Shown: positions 50,401-63,100 of the stretch, piece after piece
How positions within the stretch are numbered: the first letter of the stretch is position 1
How the letters are laid out: the number at the start of each line of letters is the position of its first letter
Assembly: GCA_043228905.1 (NCBI GenBank)
Contig: JBHGNT010000017.1
Coordinates: 17,856,001-17,920,000, forward strand
Reading direction: 5' to 3'
Origin: Azolla caroliniana
Lineage: Eukaryota > Plantae > Polypodiophyta
DNA: 64,000 nucleotides
Program-made: the position numbers and the translations under genes
The notes under the pieces: generated by a model
What the model was told of the DNA's origin: nothing
The model's input: the letters and a program-made list of their open reading frames with translations, nothing else
The model's database searches: none

Positions 50401-52758
50401 TCCGCTCGTATCGCTTTCAGCTTCTTGCCGGATTCCCTTTCCACTCTCGCGTGGAGTTCCTTGAAGACGCACAACACTTGGTCCTTTGTCTTCAACGGTG
50501 CGGTCCACAGCTTCCGGCTGTGATCATCAATGAATGTTACGAAGTACTGGGCTCCGCCATGTGACTTCGTTTCTACCTGATACACATCAGTGTGCACCAA
50601 CTCCAATGGTGCGCTACGTCTCGTCGGTGGCCTTGAGTGGAAAGAGGTTCGGTTCTGCTTACCGGCCAGGCAATCGGTGCACTTCTCCAGGTGCACATGC
50701 TTCACTGGAATAAGGTTGTCTTCTGCAAGCCTCTTCATCCCCTTCTCACTCATGTGGCACAGTCTTTTGTGCCACAGCTCACCGGCAGTGTCGGCTGCCA
50801 CATTCAGCTCTTCCGGACATAACCGGGCATTCATCAGGTACAGTGTGTTGTCTTTCCGGGCCCGAGCCACTATCAGGCTCCCCTTGCTGAACTTCATTAC
50901 GCCGTTCTGGATGCTACCTGTGTAGCCTTCATCGTCTAGCCTCCCGGCCGAAATCAGGTTCAATCGAACCTCCGGAACGTGTCGGACATCCTTCAGCAGC
51001 ATTTTGCATCCGGTCGGGGTTGTCAACCACACGTCTCCTATGCCGGCAATCCGGCACGTACCTTCATTCCCCATCCGAACACAACCATGCTCACCGGCTG
51101 TGTAGGATGAGAAGTATCTTCTCTCCGGGGTCAGGTGGAACGATGCTCCGGAATCGACCACCCAGGTCGTCTCATCGCCGGCAATGTTTAGTTCACCTTC
51201 TTCGGTGATGAGCATGATTTCTTCCTCACTTGCCGCGAGTGCCGTTGTTCCTTTCCGGTCCTGCCCTCGCCGATCCGAACCTCTCCGGTCCGTGGCTCCC
51301 CGGTATGCACCGTTTCTCTCCGGTGACTTCTTCGAATCGGTGTCGTCGGCTCCGTTGTCTTTTCGGTAATGCCGACAATTCTTTCGGAAGTGCCCCGGCT
51401 TCCCACAGTGGAAGCATGTGGGCCTTCCTCTTGACTGCGACCGGGTCCCCGACTTCTCCCGTCTTTGCGGACTCCGGTTCCATTGTCTTCCCCGATCCGA
51501 TTCGGTAAGCAGCGCCTTCGAGTCGGAGGCCGGTTCTTTATCTCTCCGACGCGCTTCTTCGTTCAAAATACTTGTCTTTACCGTTTGTAAGGACAAGTTA
51601 TCTTCGGTGCAGGACGTGCTGAGAGTCACCACCAAGTTCTCCCAGCTTTCCGGCAATGTACACATCAGGATGATGGCTTGCATTGCATCCTCCAACGGGA
51701 ACTTGATCGCCGCAAGCTGATTCACGAATCCCATGAACGTGCTTACGTGTTCCACCATACTCTCGCCGTCCCGGTACTTGAGATTCACTATCTTCCTCAT
51801 CAGAGAGGTCCGGTTCAACGCATTCTTCCTCTCGTAGAGGCCTGACAGCTTCTTCCACATCTCATATGCGTTGGTGTCGTTCGCCACATGTTGTAGGACG
51901 CTTACATCGACATATTGTCGGATCGTCGCTACGGCTTTCCGGTTCAGGAGTTTCCACTCCGACTCAAGTACCCCCTTCGGTATTTCCGACCTGTCAATCG
52001 GTTCGTACAGGTCCTGAACAATCAGAAGATCCTCCATCTTGATCTTCCAGTCGGCGTAATTCTGCGCATTCAGCACCATCATCCCCGGCTGCCCGCTGCC
52101 GCCGCCTTCCATTTTCTGCAGCAGTTCGCTCTGATACCAGATTGTTGGGAAATCGTCTCTTCGATTCACCTTCACCTCTCGGCCACAACCGAGTAAGCGC
52201 AAATCAATGGAGCAGAAAATAGGAACCACAAACAGAAACAAAACGCGAACACACAGGGATTAACGTGGAAAACCCTAGACGGGAAAAAACCACGGGAGTA
52301 CAAGACTCCAAACCAACACTATACAGAGAAGTATACAATGACGAGCTGCAAGGCGACGACCTTGAGCTCGCTGTCCTCGCCACAGGAGGCGGAAAATACA
52401 AAGAGGCGTCGTCCTCTTCCTCTCTCGCGCTCTATCTCTCTCTCTCTCTCTCATGGCTGCTCCCTCTTCACTCCTCTTGAGTGGAAAAACAGAAAAATGA
52501 TAAGCAACATCAAAACAGTTTGCCCTAAGTCATATTTATACATATATGACTTTGGGGCTATTTACAACTATAGCCTCAGGGGCCCATAGCAGACATATTC
52601 ACGGATATGTCCCTGCATTCGGGTCGCTCTCCGGGTACATTCGTCATCCGGCTCCGAAGTCGGGGTCTTCATCATTCGGTTCCGAAACCGAAACCGGGCT
52701 TGTCGGCATTCATCTTCGACATCCGACCATCCCATCCGAAGGGACCGTAGTCCCGACA
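47416..52758 (-). mobile_element. Very young, complete Tnt1/Tork-like Copia element D; LTRs 52143-52758 and 47416-48029; TSD TTTAC
   Basis: TG...CA LTRs differ at about 3 substitutions plus a 2-bp (CT) indel. iMet PBS at 52128-52139, PPT ~48030-48039. TTTAC on both flanks. Confidence 0.96.
48040..52112 (-). CDS. Gag-Pol polyprotein of element D, with a single 1-nt frameshift at ~49470
   Basis: CFHCGKPGHFRKNC, WVVDSGASFH, INT D-D-E (HTDV, ADNGGE, AER), RT YVDD and RNaseH SDMLTK are all intact. Only KRALR|NKWVFK is out of frame. Confidence 0.92.
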
Positions 52759-53052
52759 TTTACTTCGTGGATAGCCCGTGCGCTTCCATCAGAGGCTCTC
52801 CCTTCACATTTCTGTGCTTGGCGTGTGACGCCTGTGTGTGTGTGGGTGGACTCTCATGTTGGGTCCGTTGCCGGTGTGCCGGTTGTAATCGTTATTGGTG
52901 TTATAATCGAATTGTTCACTTTTTCTCTCTCTCTCTTTCTCTTTCACTGTGTTCAGCAAAACGCTCTCTCTCTCCTCTCTCACGCTCCTTGGTTCAGGGC
53001 CCCCGCAGTCCCGTCTCATTTCACCCACGAAAGCGTAGTAACATGACATATT

Positions 53053-53070
53053 TGGTGAACCCGACATGAA
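53053..53070 (+). promoter_or_regulatory. Primer-binding site complementary to tRNA-Trp
   Basis: TGGTGAACCCGACATGAA versus the complement of the plant tRNA-Trp 3' end, TGGTGAACCCGACGTGAA (tRNA sequence recalled from memory). Confidence 0.75.
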
Positions 53071-54169
53071 GGAGGCGGCAAAGGAGTTCAAGATGAGGGG
53101 ATCTAAGCTTGCTAAAGCTATGGCAGTAGCCGTTGACCGGCTAGTGAGCGCTCGTGAGGGAACAAGTACCCTCGACAAAGCCATAGAATCGATCGTCGCC
53201 ACCATAGGCCGATTTGGTGGTAAGCACGCCACGAGCTATTTGGAGGCCTATCGGGCCAAGATGATCATGAGATACATCCCTGAAGATAGGCGGTTGTCCA
53301 GATTCCCTCAAGTGGTGACACCGAGCATCCATGCAGAGGTGCTCGAGGTGTTGTCCGGATGCCAGACGTGGGGAGGTTTTCGAGGAGCTGCTCCTCGAAA
53401 AGTATGGATTCGACGACTCCCTTTGACTGTCGAAGCGGAACTTGATGGCATGGGTCGAAAGCCCTAGGAAGGGGAGGAGCACATTGGCGCTCCTCTGGGA
53501 ATTCGAAACACGGTTCGCGTGGTTGTCGGCATTAGACCGGACTGTGCTCGATACGAGCCAGGTACTATTGTTCGTCAAAGCGGTTGATGCATTGGACAGA
53601 GAGAAGGTAGGTGGGTAAAAGCATGCGAGTGGAAACACTATTATAGCTAATTAGCTACTAAAATGGCCATAGCTAATTAGCTATTTGTTTAGCTAGTCTT
53701 TTTTGTGGGAAAATCAAATATTTGAAAAACTAATTTATGAAAAAACTCAAATATTTGAACTTCTGTTTCAAACGTAGTGGAACTTGGGGAATAGCACCAT
53801 CATCTAAGGTCGACTTCAATGTCATCAATTTCCTGTTTAGCCTAAGTTTGATTTTGAACGCAGATGGAGTACTCAGAGCACGAACGCAGACGTAGCTCCC
53901 GCAACAGCAGAAAATCGACATTGCAGATTGAGAGCTACAACACAGAACCCGCTCGATCATCGTCCAGGTATGTTTCAGTTACAGAAACCCAAACATTTGT
54001 TTTTTCTTTTTGACTACTGTCTGATCTTTGGTGCCGATTCATATTTCCCCAAAATCGAATAGGGCGAAGTCCTTGGAGTCCCATACAAGGATGTCTCGCA
54101 AATCGGGGAGTAGCAACAGGTGTGTTTATATTACTCTTTGTGTGTTTAATCCTGTCTTTAGTGATGATT

Positions 54170-54730
54170 GGGGTTTCTGATTGAAATTTCTGATTAGGGT
54201 TTTTGTTTATAAATTTCTGATTAGGGTTTGTGATTGATTTCTGATTAGGGTTTCTGATTGAAATTTCTGATTAGGGTTTTTGATTATAAATTTCTGATTA
54301 GAATTTCTGAATAGGGTTTCTGGTTACAACTTTTGATTACAGATTAGAATTTCTGATTAGAATTTCTGAATAGGGTTTCTGGTTACAAATTTTGATTAGA
54401 GATTAGAATTTCTGATTAGAATTTCTGAATAGGGTTTTTGTTTATAAATTTCTGTTTAGGATTTCTGATTAGGGTTTGTGATTGAAATTTCTGATTAGGG
54501 TTTTTGATCATAAATTTCTGATTAGAATTTCTGAATAAGGTTTCTGGTTACAAACTTCTGATTACAGATTTTGATTAGGGTTTCTGATTTCAAACTTCTG
54601 ATTACAGATTTTGATTAGGGTTTCTGATTTCAAATTTCTGAATACAAATTATGATTAGGGTTTCTGATTTGCTAAGTTAAAGATTTTGCACCATTTTTGT
54701 TGTTGTTGATGGGGGTTTCTGATTCTCACA
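54170..54730. repeat. Intronic degenerate minisatellite built on TTCTGATTAGGGTT
   Basis: Dozens of ttctgattagggttt / aatttctgattaga units between a GT donor (54120) and an AG acceptor (54799). Confidence 0.85.
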
Positions 54731-55654
54731 TATTCTGATTTTGCACTATTTCTGATTTCTGAAATGATATTTCAAATGGCTCGTTCCTCCGTATACAAGA
54801 GTGCTAAACTTCACAAAATTTTGCGAGACAAAGGAGGACTTCCACAACACCTATGGTCTGTCACTCGAGGGTGTTGACCCTACTGTCCTAAGTGATAAAT
54901 TGATCAGTGATGTAGACTGGATGACAGTATATACAGTGCCTAGAGTCAAAGGCAAGGTCAAGCTGAAGCATGTACGAGCCAACTTGTACGATGACTGCAT
55001 GAGACTGCACCAGAAAGTTCATCAGGAGATCCCAGTCAACAATGAGTTGTCAGTTTCATTTGCTAGAGCATTTGCATATGAGTACTGCAAAACAACGAAG
55101 GAATCCAGAGACCCTGAAATGTATAGGGTAGCTTGGGCAGTCTATGGTGAGGCATCGGTAAAAAGATGCCGAAAGATGGGGACCTTGGCACAAAAAATAG
55201 ACAGGTTTTGGAGCATGGCAGCTGTTGATGCAACTGCCAACTCCCAGCAAGACTGGGGGCATACACCACACCGACACCCAAAGAAAGCCTATGTCGATGA
55301 TACAGGTGAGACATTGGTTAGCTATATGCAAAAAAATGTCCATGAAGCCTGTGAGACATTGGCATTTTTTAAGACTGATTTAGAGAAAGCCACAATGGCT
55401 TCTGCAATGGAGAACAAAGTTACTTCCGCTGTTACAACGATTAGAAATAAGATTCAGGTAACTATTGTTTTGTTGGTATGTGATTGTGTTATAAATAACT
55501 TTAAGGGTAAAATGTGCTAATCAAGCATTATCTGGAATAGGTTGCGCAACAGGAGCTTGAATTAGAGGGGCCACTGGATCCCCAGCGTAAAATACAACTA
55601 CAAATAGAGATCCAGGTTCTTTCAATGAACCTGGACCTTCTAGGTGTAAATACT

Positions 55655-56535
55655 TGACGGGAACTGGACGTTCCTTATGTCCAACACTCGACCACAACCG
55701 AGATTCTTTTCATACACAGAAAAACGGGAAATAAAACACGATACAAAGGAGAGGAAGATACACACACACTACACAGGAGGTTTACATGGAAAACCCCAAA
55801 CTAGGGGAAAAACCACGGCAGCCCACAGACTGCAAATTGTCACTATGTATGAATGTACAAAACAGTGAGTTCTCGGAGGCAACGACCTCGGACTCACGCT
55901 CTTCGCCACAGGCGGTGGTTACAACAGAGGCAACGACCTCTTTCTTTCTCTCTCTCTCTTTGTACAGTATTACGTGCTCTATCTTCTTCTTGCACCAACA
56001 AGAAAAGTAACAACAACGACCTACTACTAAAAGTTTGCCCTAAGTCATATTTATACTAATATGACTTTTTGGCTATTTACAAATATAGCCTCGATGGGCT
56101 CTCAGAAACATATTTACGAATATGTCTCTTCCTCCGGTTCATACCGGGTCTGTGCCATCCGGCTCTCCGTAGCCGGGTGCTCCTCATCCGGTTCTCACCG
56201 GGCCTGTATCATCCGGCTCTCCGTAGCCGGGTACTCCTCATCCGGTTCATACCGGGTCTGCACCATCCGGCTCTCCGTAGCCGGGTGCTCCTCATCCGGT
56301 TCTCACCGGGCCTGTATCATCCGGCTCTCCGTAGCCGGGTACTCCTCATCCGGTTCATACCGGGTCTGCACCATCCGGCTCTCCGTAGCCGAGTACTCCT
56401 CTTCCAGTTCTCACCGGGCCTGTATCATCCGGCTCTCCGTAGCCGGGTAGTCCTCATACCGTTTCGGCCTCGGCCGAGTTTGTTCGTCGGCATTGTTCTT
56501 CTCCCTTCCCATCCGGAGGGACCTGTCTCCCAACA
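55655..56535 (-). mobile_element. Tork-like Copia solo LTR inserted in a cargo-gene exon
   Basis: Termini TGACGGGA...TCCCAACA, flanks ATACT/ATATT. Shares gtttgccctaagtcatatttatac and the ccacgg motif with the LTRs of element D. Removing it restores LGVNT-VADYNL in frame. Confidence 0.85.
56133..56450. repeat. 54-bp tandem repeat (~6 copies, alternating A/B variants) inside the solo LTR
   Basis: tccggttc(at/tc)accggg(t/c)ctg..catccggctctccgtagccgggt.ctcctca repeats with 18-codon periodicity. Confidence 0.9.
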
Positions 56536-57001
56536 ATATTGTTGCAGATTACAATTTGGATAAGCTTCAAGTAAGTTAACGATTCCTGACCAAAGTTGGT
56601 GTATCTTTCAACAACAGGAATAATTAATCGGTAAATTTCTCTGTTGCGTTGAAGGAACAATACATTCATCAAGAACAGGTAGTTAGCTGCCTTAAGAAGC
56701 AACTACATTTTGTGGAGGGAATGGTAAGGACCAAACAGGATTTGGACCTGAACATTCTTGCTCCCTTACCAAATGAAGCAGAACCATAAAATGATTTATT
56801 GATAGTTCAAGCACGTTGCATCGCTTGCGGGTTAGGTGTGGAGGACAAAACTGCGTCTTTGTTGGTTCACCTACAACCATGCAACCACACATACCATCTG
56901 CTTTGTTTTCAACATGCCTATCGAATTGCTGCATTCTGTTTGGGAGATTGCATTACAACTCTACCAAATGAGTGGAGAAAACTAACAGGTATACCATACT
57001 G

Positions 57002-58100
57002 TAGCTAATAAGCTTAGTCTTTTCTAATTAGCTATCCTACTAGCTAATTAGCTACTGGCAGCTAATTAGCTATCCTAGTAGCTAATTAGCTATGGTACTA
57101 GCTAATTAGCTAGTACCATAGTTGTGTAAAAAAGCTAATTAGCTATCCTACTAGCTAATTAGCTACTGGCAACTAATTAGTTATCCTAGTAGCTAATTAG
57201 CTATCCTACTAGCTAATTAGCTACTGCCATAGTTGTGTAAAGTAGCTAATAAGCTATCCTAGTAGCTAATAAGCTATCCTAGTAGCTAATTAGCTACTAG
57301 CAGCTAATTAGCTATCATAGTAGCTAATTAGCTATGGTACTAGCTAATTAGCTAGTACAATAGTTGTGTAAAAAAGCTAATTAGCTATCCTACTAGCTAA
57401 TTAGCTATTGGCAACTAATTATCTATCCTACTAGCTAATTAGCTACTGGCAACTAATTAGCTATCCTACTAGCTAATTAGCTATCATAGTAGCTAATTAG
57501 CTACTGCCATAGTTGTGTAAAGTAGCTAATAAGCTATCCAAGTAGCTAATTAGCTACTGGCAGCTAATTAGCTATCCTAGTAGCTAATAAGCTATCCTAG
57601 CTACTACATAGTTGAGAAAGTAGCTAATTAGCTATCATTGTAGCTAATTAGATATCCTAGTAGCTAATTAGCTATCCTAGCTACTACCATAGTTAGTAAA
57701 GTAGCTAATTAGCTATCCTAGCTACTACCATAGTTGAGTAAAGTAGCTAATTAGCTATCCTAGCTACTACCATAGTTGAGTAAAGTAGCTAATTAGCTAC
57801 CATAGTAGCTAATTAGCTATCCTAGCTACTACCATAGTTGAGTAAAGTAGCTAATTAGCTATCCTAGCTACATAGTAGCTAATTAGCTATCCTAGCTACT
57901 ACCATAGTTGAGTAAAGTAGCTAATTAGCTAGGATAGCTACTACCATAGTTGAGTAAAGTAGCTAATTAGCTATCGTACTAGCTAATTAGCTATCTTAAT
58001 TAGCTATCATACTAGCTAATTAGCTATCGTACTAGCTAATTAGCTATCCTAGCTTCTACCATAGTTTAGTAAAGTAGCTAATTAGCTATCCTAAATAGCT
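57002..58100. repeat. Intronic array of the palindrome TAGCTAATTAGCTA
   Basis: Dozens of copies with short variable spacers, between exons of the cargo gene. Confidence 0.92.
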
Positions 58101-60178
58101 GCCATGTTATTGTAGAATCTTGTGGATTAAGGACGACACATGATGTGTTTGGTGCTGATGACGCTGCAACAGATGAGGATACTGCTGCCAACATGGCTGA
58201 AAGTAAGAGTCCTGCTATCACATCTCCTTCAGATCAGCTCCACCCTATTCTTTTGGAACAGTGTACTGAATTAGGCAACGATGTGAAATGCCATGAAATA
58301 GTGGAAACAACATGTAAAACTGAGGTTCACAACAACAGTGTTTATGAACACTTGATGCACCATTTCTTCGAATCTCAAGACCTTGATTCCACCCCACCGA
58401 GCCCAACTACTGAAAATGTCCAAACAGATCCCTCTGTACTTGAAAAGCTAGTTCAAGAAACGGCTGAAGTGCAATTAGCTACTGAGGCGATGGGAAGGTT
58501 GTCGGAGGAGGACACACTTGCGCATTGGATGAAAGAAGCAAGGCTAAATGTGGAACCGACCAGAAAAAGGCTGAAGAAGGGGCCACGATCGGGAACAAGA
58601 CCAGTTACTCGGTCAAGGGGCCCAGACGTAGTGGAGGGAAATACTGTTTAGTTGGATATGATTGTTAGCTTAGGGATTTTGCTAGGGTTTTATGAAGTTT
58701 TACTATCCTGTTGGACAAGTAAAAGCTCAGATTGGTTGTTGCTTGATCCACATTATGTAATGGAACTCTATGATGTTTTTCCAAGATAATTTGAAGAGTG
58801 TTGTTCTATGACTGAAACTCTTTGATGTTCAGGATGTTGTTTTGTGAGACTGTTAGTTAGTTTGTGAGTGTGAATATGTTGGTGTTTTCTGATGTTGCAG
58901 AGTCTAAAGGGTTTGATTCTATTGCTCGTAAGGCCAATGGCAGTGTGGATACTGTTGATGTTGCGGCATGTTTAAAGGGCCCCATCTTGAAAGTAGATGT
59001 AGCAACTGACACAAGTGATCTGGTCACACAAGTTGATCAAGCATGTTGCACGGATGACTTGGTGTTGCAAGTAGATGCAACATGTAGCACGGATGACTTG
59101 GTGTTGTAGGTAGATGCAGCATGTAGCACGGATGACTTGGTGTTGCAGGTAGATGTAGCATGTGATACCAGTGGACTGATATCGAGCAGATCAGTAGCTA
59201 CATGCACCGAGGTAATCCAAGGATTGATAACTAAGTCGACAAAACAAGAGCACCAGAATGTGAAGCCAGGCCCAACACAGTCGACTAGGGGTTTGAAGAG
59301 GAAAAGGACGTCAGTTGTGTCGGCCGAACCTGAGTTGATTGAGATTGATCGTATCCTACCAGAAAATGGTGTAACAGCGGCTCAGTTTCAGGAATGGAAA
59401 CCTAAACCACTGGAAGTCGAAAGAAGAGCCTTGATCTTGGAGCTTGATAAAGTCTTGATGAGTGTGAGATATATGCAGCCAAGGAGGGACGCGAATCAGT
59501 TTCTAGAGTGGGTTGTGCAATACTTTGATTTCTTTATTTGGAGTGAAAAACCAAAATAAAATGTGTGGAAGTGTTTGGCAAGATTCTTCCCAAAATGGCG
59601 AAGTCGTTTTAAAGGTCAATGTGCACGAGAAAATTGTGACCAAATGGAAGCTGCAAGATTCAAGAGACTTTTTGATTTTTGGGCTACTTGGCCTGAATAT
59701 AATGCCGACAATACATTGATTTTGGATACAGAACATTTCCGGCACTACTTCAATATTCGGAGATGTTGTCTCATTCTACCCGAGGAAATGCCTGAATAGT
59801 ACCTGGTGCAAACAGTGAGCTGCCAACTACGTGCATGGTTGTGGACTCCATACCGAGCTCGATATGCGGATAATATATGTAGACTCGTTCCACTGACTAG
59901 CAAGAGCTTAGCTGTTTATAGGAGATTTGTAGACATTTCCAATGGTAATTTATAAATATGTAAAGAGATGACATTATTCAATGAAGAATTTAATTACTTG
60001 TTCCCACTGTACTTATCTACTGTGTAATTTGAGGAATATGTTGCAGATTGTTGATTTCATGCTATTGATGACTATTTAGCTATTGACAACTAATTAGCTG
60101 CATTTGTGCAGCTAATTAGCTACTTATGACTATTTCGCTATAACTTATAACTTAAAACTTAACAAAAAAGACATGATT

Positions 60179-63100
60179 TTATTGAGAAAGAAGCACAGAA
60201 AGCCATGGCATACTATTGTAAATACATTCATACACATTAGCACCAACAGTGTATAAACCTGAGCAACTATTGTATTCTGACATTGGGACGTTGATGCACC
60301 TGACCAAATGAGAGTACATGTACGCCGTTGGTTTGTCTTCTAACAGCCTGTACACATATTCGTAGTCATCTAGTTTTGCATAAAAAATGCCTTCGATGTA
60401 GAATGTCCCGGCAGATACAAAATTTCCCCATGCATCTACAATATTCTGCCTTGCACACTGTTTACTAACCGTGCACTTTAATATATAGAAATCAGCACCC
60501 TCTGAATTGCCTTCTTCAGCATTTACAACGAAGTTATCCCCAACGTTCAGGACATCACTCAAAGTATCTCCAAGTCCCTCATATGTGAAGTCAGCATTCT
60601 GCCCTGTTTCTCCATCAACTTCTTCCTTATCATTTAGAGTGTGATACTCCCAATTCTGAATGTATGCTTTGTTTAGACAATATCTCCAATTTCCCTGCAC
60701 ACAATGGAAGCAAAAACAAGTCAATTCTCTAACCGCAATACAATGACCATCCAACCTGGAATAACCGCGAACAGCATGCAGAGATCGCAATTCGGGAATT
60801 CCTTGGCACTCCCAGGTCTTCTCCCTATTTACTTCATCTATCTTCACTTCCCAAAATTCACGTTTGATATCTCGGACTTGCGAGGAATAAACACTTGTGG
60901 CACTCGTTGACATATTTGTTCTTAAAAATTCAACTACATGTGATGCACAATTCATGTGCACACCATCTATCTTTAGTTGTTCATGGGTAAGTGCCCGCTT
61001 TATAACAGCCCCTGCACCATCATGTTCACCTTTACCATGGCCAGACCCAAAAAAATTCCATCTCATCTCCAAACCTGTTATGGCAGGATACCTCCCCACA
61101 AAATAAAATGGACGTCGAGCCTTGAATTGTGACGCAGCTACGTCAGACCAGACCCAATGTTGAGTAAGCTCCAAACGTTGAGCTAATAACCACTGCTAAT
61201 GTAACTTAAAACAGTGTTGGACGAACAAGGTATCATGCTTCTTATCATCGGAAATAAAGAAATGAATTACTTTTTTAACATCACCTGAAACTCGAAAATA
61301 TGTTATGTGCACAAAAATGGTTACCTGAACTGAACACCAATGCATAGATTGAATTTCATTCTGCTGCTTGAAAGTATAATTCTCTGCGAAATCTACTACT
61401 GAGACTACTACATCATTTGGGAAATTAGATATGCAAGTCTTAAACTGATGGGCCTGCCATGAATAAATGAAGTTGTGTTTAATGAACTTTCCTAGAGATA
61501 CTACAAACAGAGACACCAAATCCCTTAGTTTAAGCATCTTCCGAAGTAGATCCTTTCTTTTACACACCTTTCCTTCGAAATTGGTGTTCACTGACTCAAA
61601 GAACTTCACAGAGATCAATATTTCACTACTCAATTCATTTGGACACCACCTAAATCTAGTAGGGCCACAATCTTGACATAAACCCATGACACATTTATGA
61701 ATATGGAAAATAGTGTCAGTTTCTCTCAGACACAATATTGAATCTAATAAATAACTCATGGAAGAGATAACGTGCTCAGATGATTTACACTCCTCTTGCA
61801 GGCTTGATCGACAAATTGGGCACCCACATGTGCAAACTGTATTAGTTAGGGATGCGCTATGGTGACGTAGTAGATTAACAGAGTCCTTCAGAAAACCCAT
61901 CTGTACATGGTAAATGCAACAACATGTGTATCGATCCTTTAAGCGTCTCACAAAGTGTGGCTTAAGAGACTTAAATGTTCGTAGTTGAACTTTGATAGTT
62001 GGATGCATTCGTTTGAACCTAATAAATAAATCGACCTGCGTAATAAAGGGGAATTAGTTATTCTCGTAACTAGCTAACTATTCTAGTAGCTAATTAGCTA
62101 TTCTAGTAGCTAATTAGCTATCCTAGTAGCTTATTAGCTATTCTAGTAGCTAATTAGCTATCATGGTAGCTAATTAGCTGTCCTAGTAGCTAATTAGCTA
62201 TCATGGTAGCTAATTAGCTATTCTAGTAGCTAATTAGCTATCATGGTAGCTAATTAGCTGGTCTAGTAGCTAATTAGCTGGTCTAGTAGCTAATTAGCTT
62301 TCCTAGTAACTAATTAACTATCATGGTAGCTAATTCGTTGGTCTAGTAGCTAATTAGCTATCATGGTAGCTAATTAGCGGGTCTAGTAGCTAATTAGCTA
62401 TCATGGTGGCTAATTAGTTGTCCTAGTAACTAATTAGCTATCATGGTAGCTAATTAGTTGGTCTAGTAGCTAATTAGCTATCATGGTGGCTAATTAGCTG
62501 TCCTAACTAATTAGCTATCATGGTAGCAAATTAGCTGGTAATAACGAAATAGCTAACTAGCTACCAGTACAACTAATTATCTGGTAGTACCTAAATTAGC
62601 TATTGAGAATAGCTAATTAGCTATCATGGTAGTAGCTATTGAGAGTAGCCAGTTACCTATGTAGTAGCTATCCTAGTAGCTAATTAGCTATCATGGTAGC
62701 TAATTAGCTTTCCTAGTAGCTAATTAGATGGTAATAACGAAATAGCTAACTAGCTACCAGTACAACTAATTATCTGGTAGTACCTAAATTAGCAATTGAG
62801 AATAGCTAATTAGCTATCATGGTAGTAGCTATTGAGAGTAGCTAGTTACCTATGTAGTAGCTATCCTAGTAGCTAACTGAGGTAAATGTAACTGATAAGC
62901 TAATTAGCTTTTCTGCTAACTGAGCTAATTGACTTTCCGTATAGAGTCAAAATAAATGTTGAGATAAATGTAAATACCTGAGGTACATCAAGAAGATGAA
63001 TAGGATGCTCCTCGTATTGATTTCTTCCAACATGTTTCTTGCATAAATCCTTTTTATTGGGTGAAACCCTACTCTCATTAGTCCAAAACATTGTGATTAC

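Larger units (their letters stand above)
47044..53612 (+). mobile_element. Gypsy-like element: 5' LTR (47044-47415 + 52764-53048, split by Copia D), tRNA-Trp PBS, gag 5' part; cut at 53613
   Basis: Perfect terminal inverted TGTCATG...CATGACA. PBS 4 nt downstream. Gag ORF from 53066 (FGGKHATSYLEAY). Confidence 0.8.
54091..59955 (+). pseudogene. Transposon cargo gene: unknown N-terminus, coiled coil, RING-H2 finger, low-complexity linker, NIF/FCP1-like HAD domain
   Basis: Probable exons 54091-54119, 54800-55457, 55541-55654 + 56541-56569, 56679-56988, ~58116-58640 and 58901-59955. RING CIAC..PCNHTYHLLC..CLGDC. NIF-like ALILELDKVLM..RRDANQFLEWV..FIWS..NTLILD. In-frame C>T-type stops. Confidence 0.6.

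Noticed and set aside
30068-52600. Many 60-260 aa ORFs antisense to, or in alternate frames of, the retroelement genes
   Set aside because: Shadow ORFs of GC-rich gag/pol with no independent motifs.
56133-56450. Regularly spaced repeats that could resemble a CRISPR array
   Set aside because: No unique spacers and no cas genes. It is a head-to-tail 54-bp repeat inside a solo LTR, and ORFs 56061/56069 are by-products of it.
57002-58100. Palindromic repeat with short variable spacers as a CRISPR-like array
   Set aside because: Spacers are mostly 3-25 nt and themselves repetitive, and the context is a eukaryotic intron.
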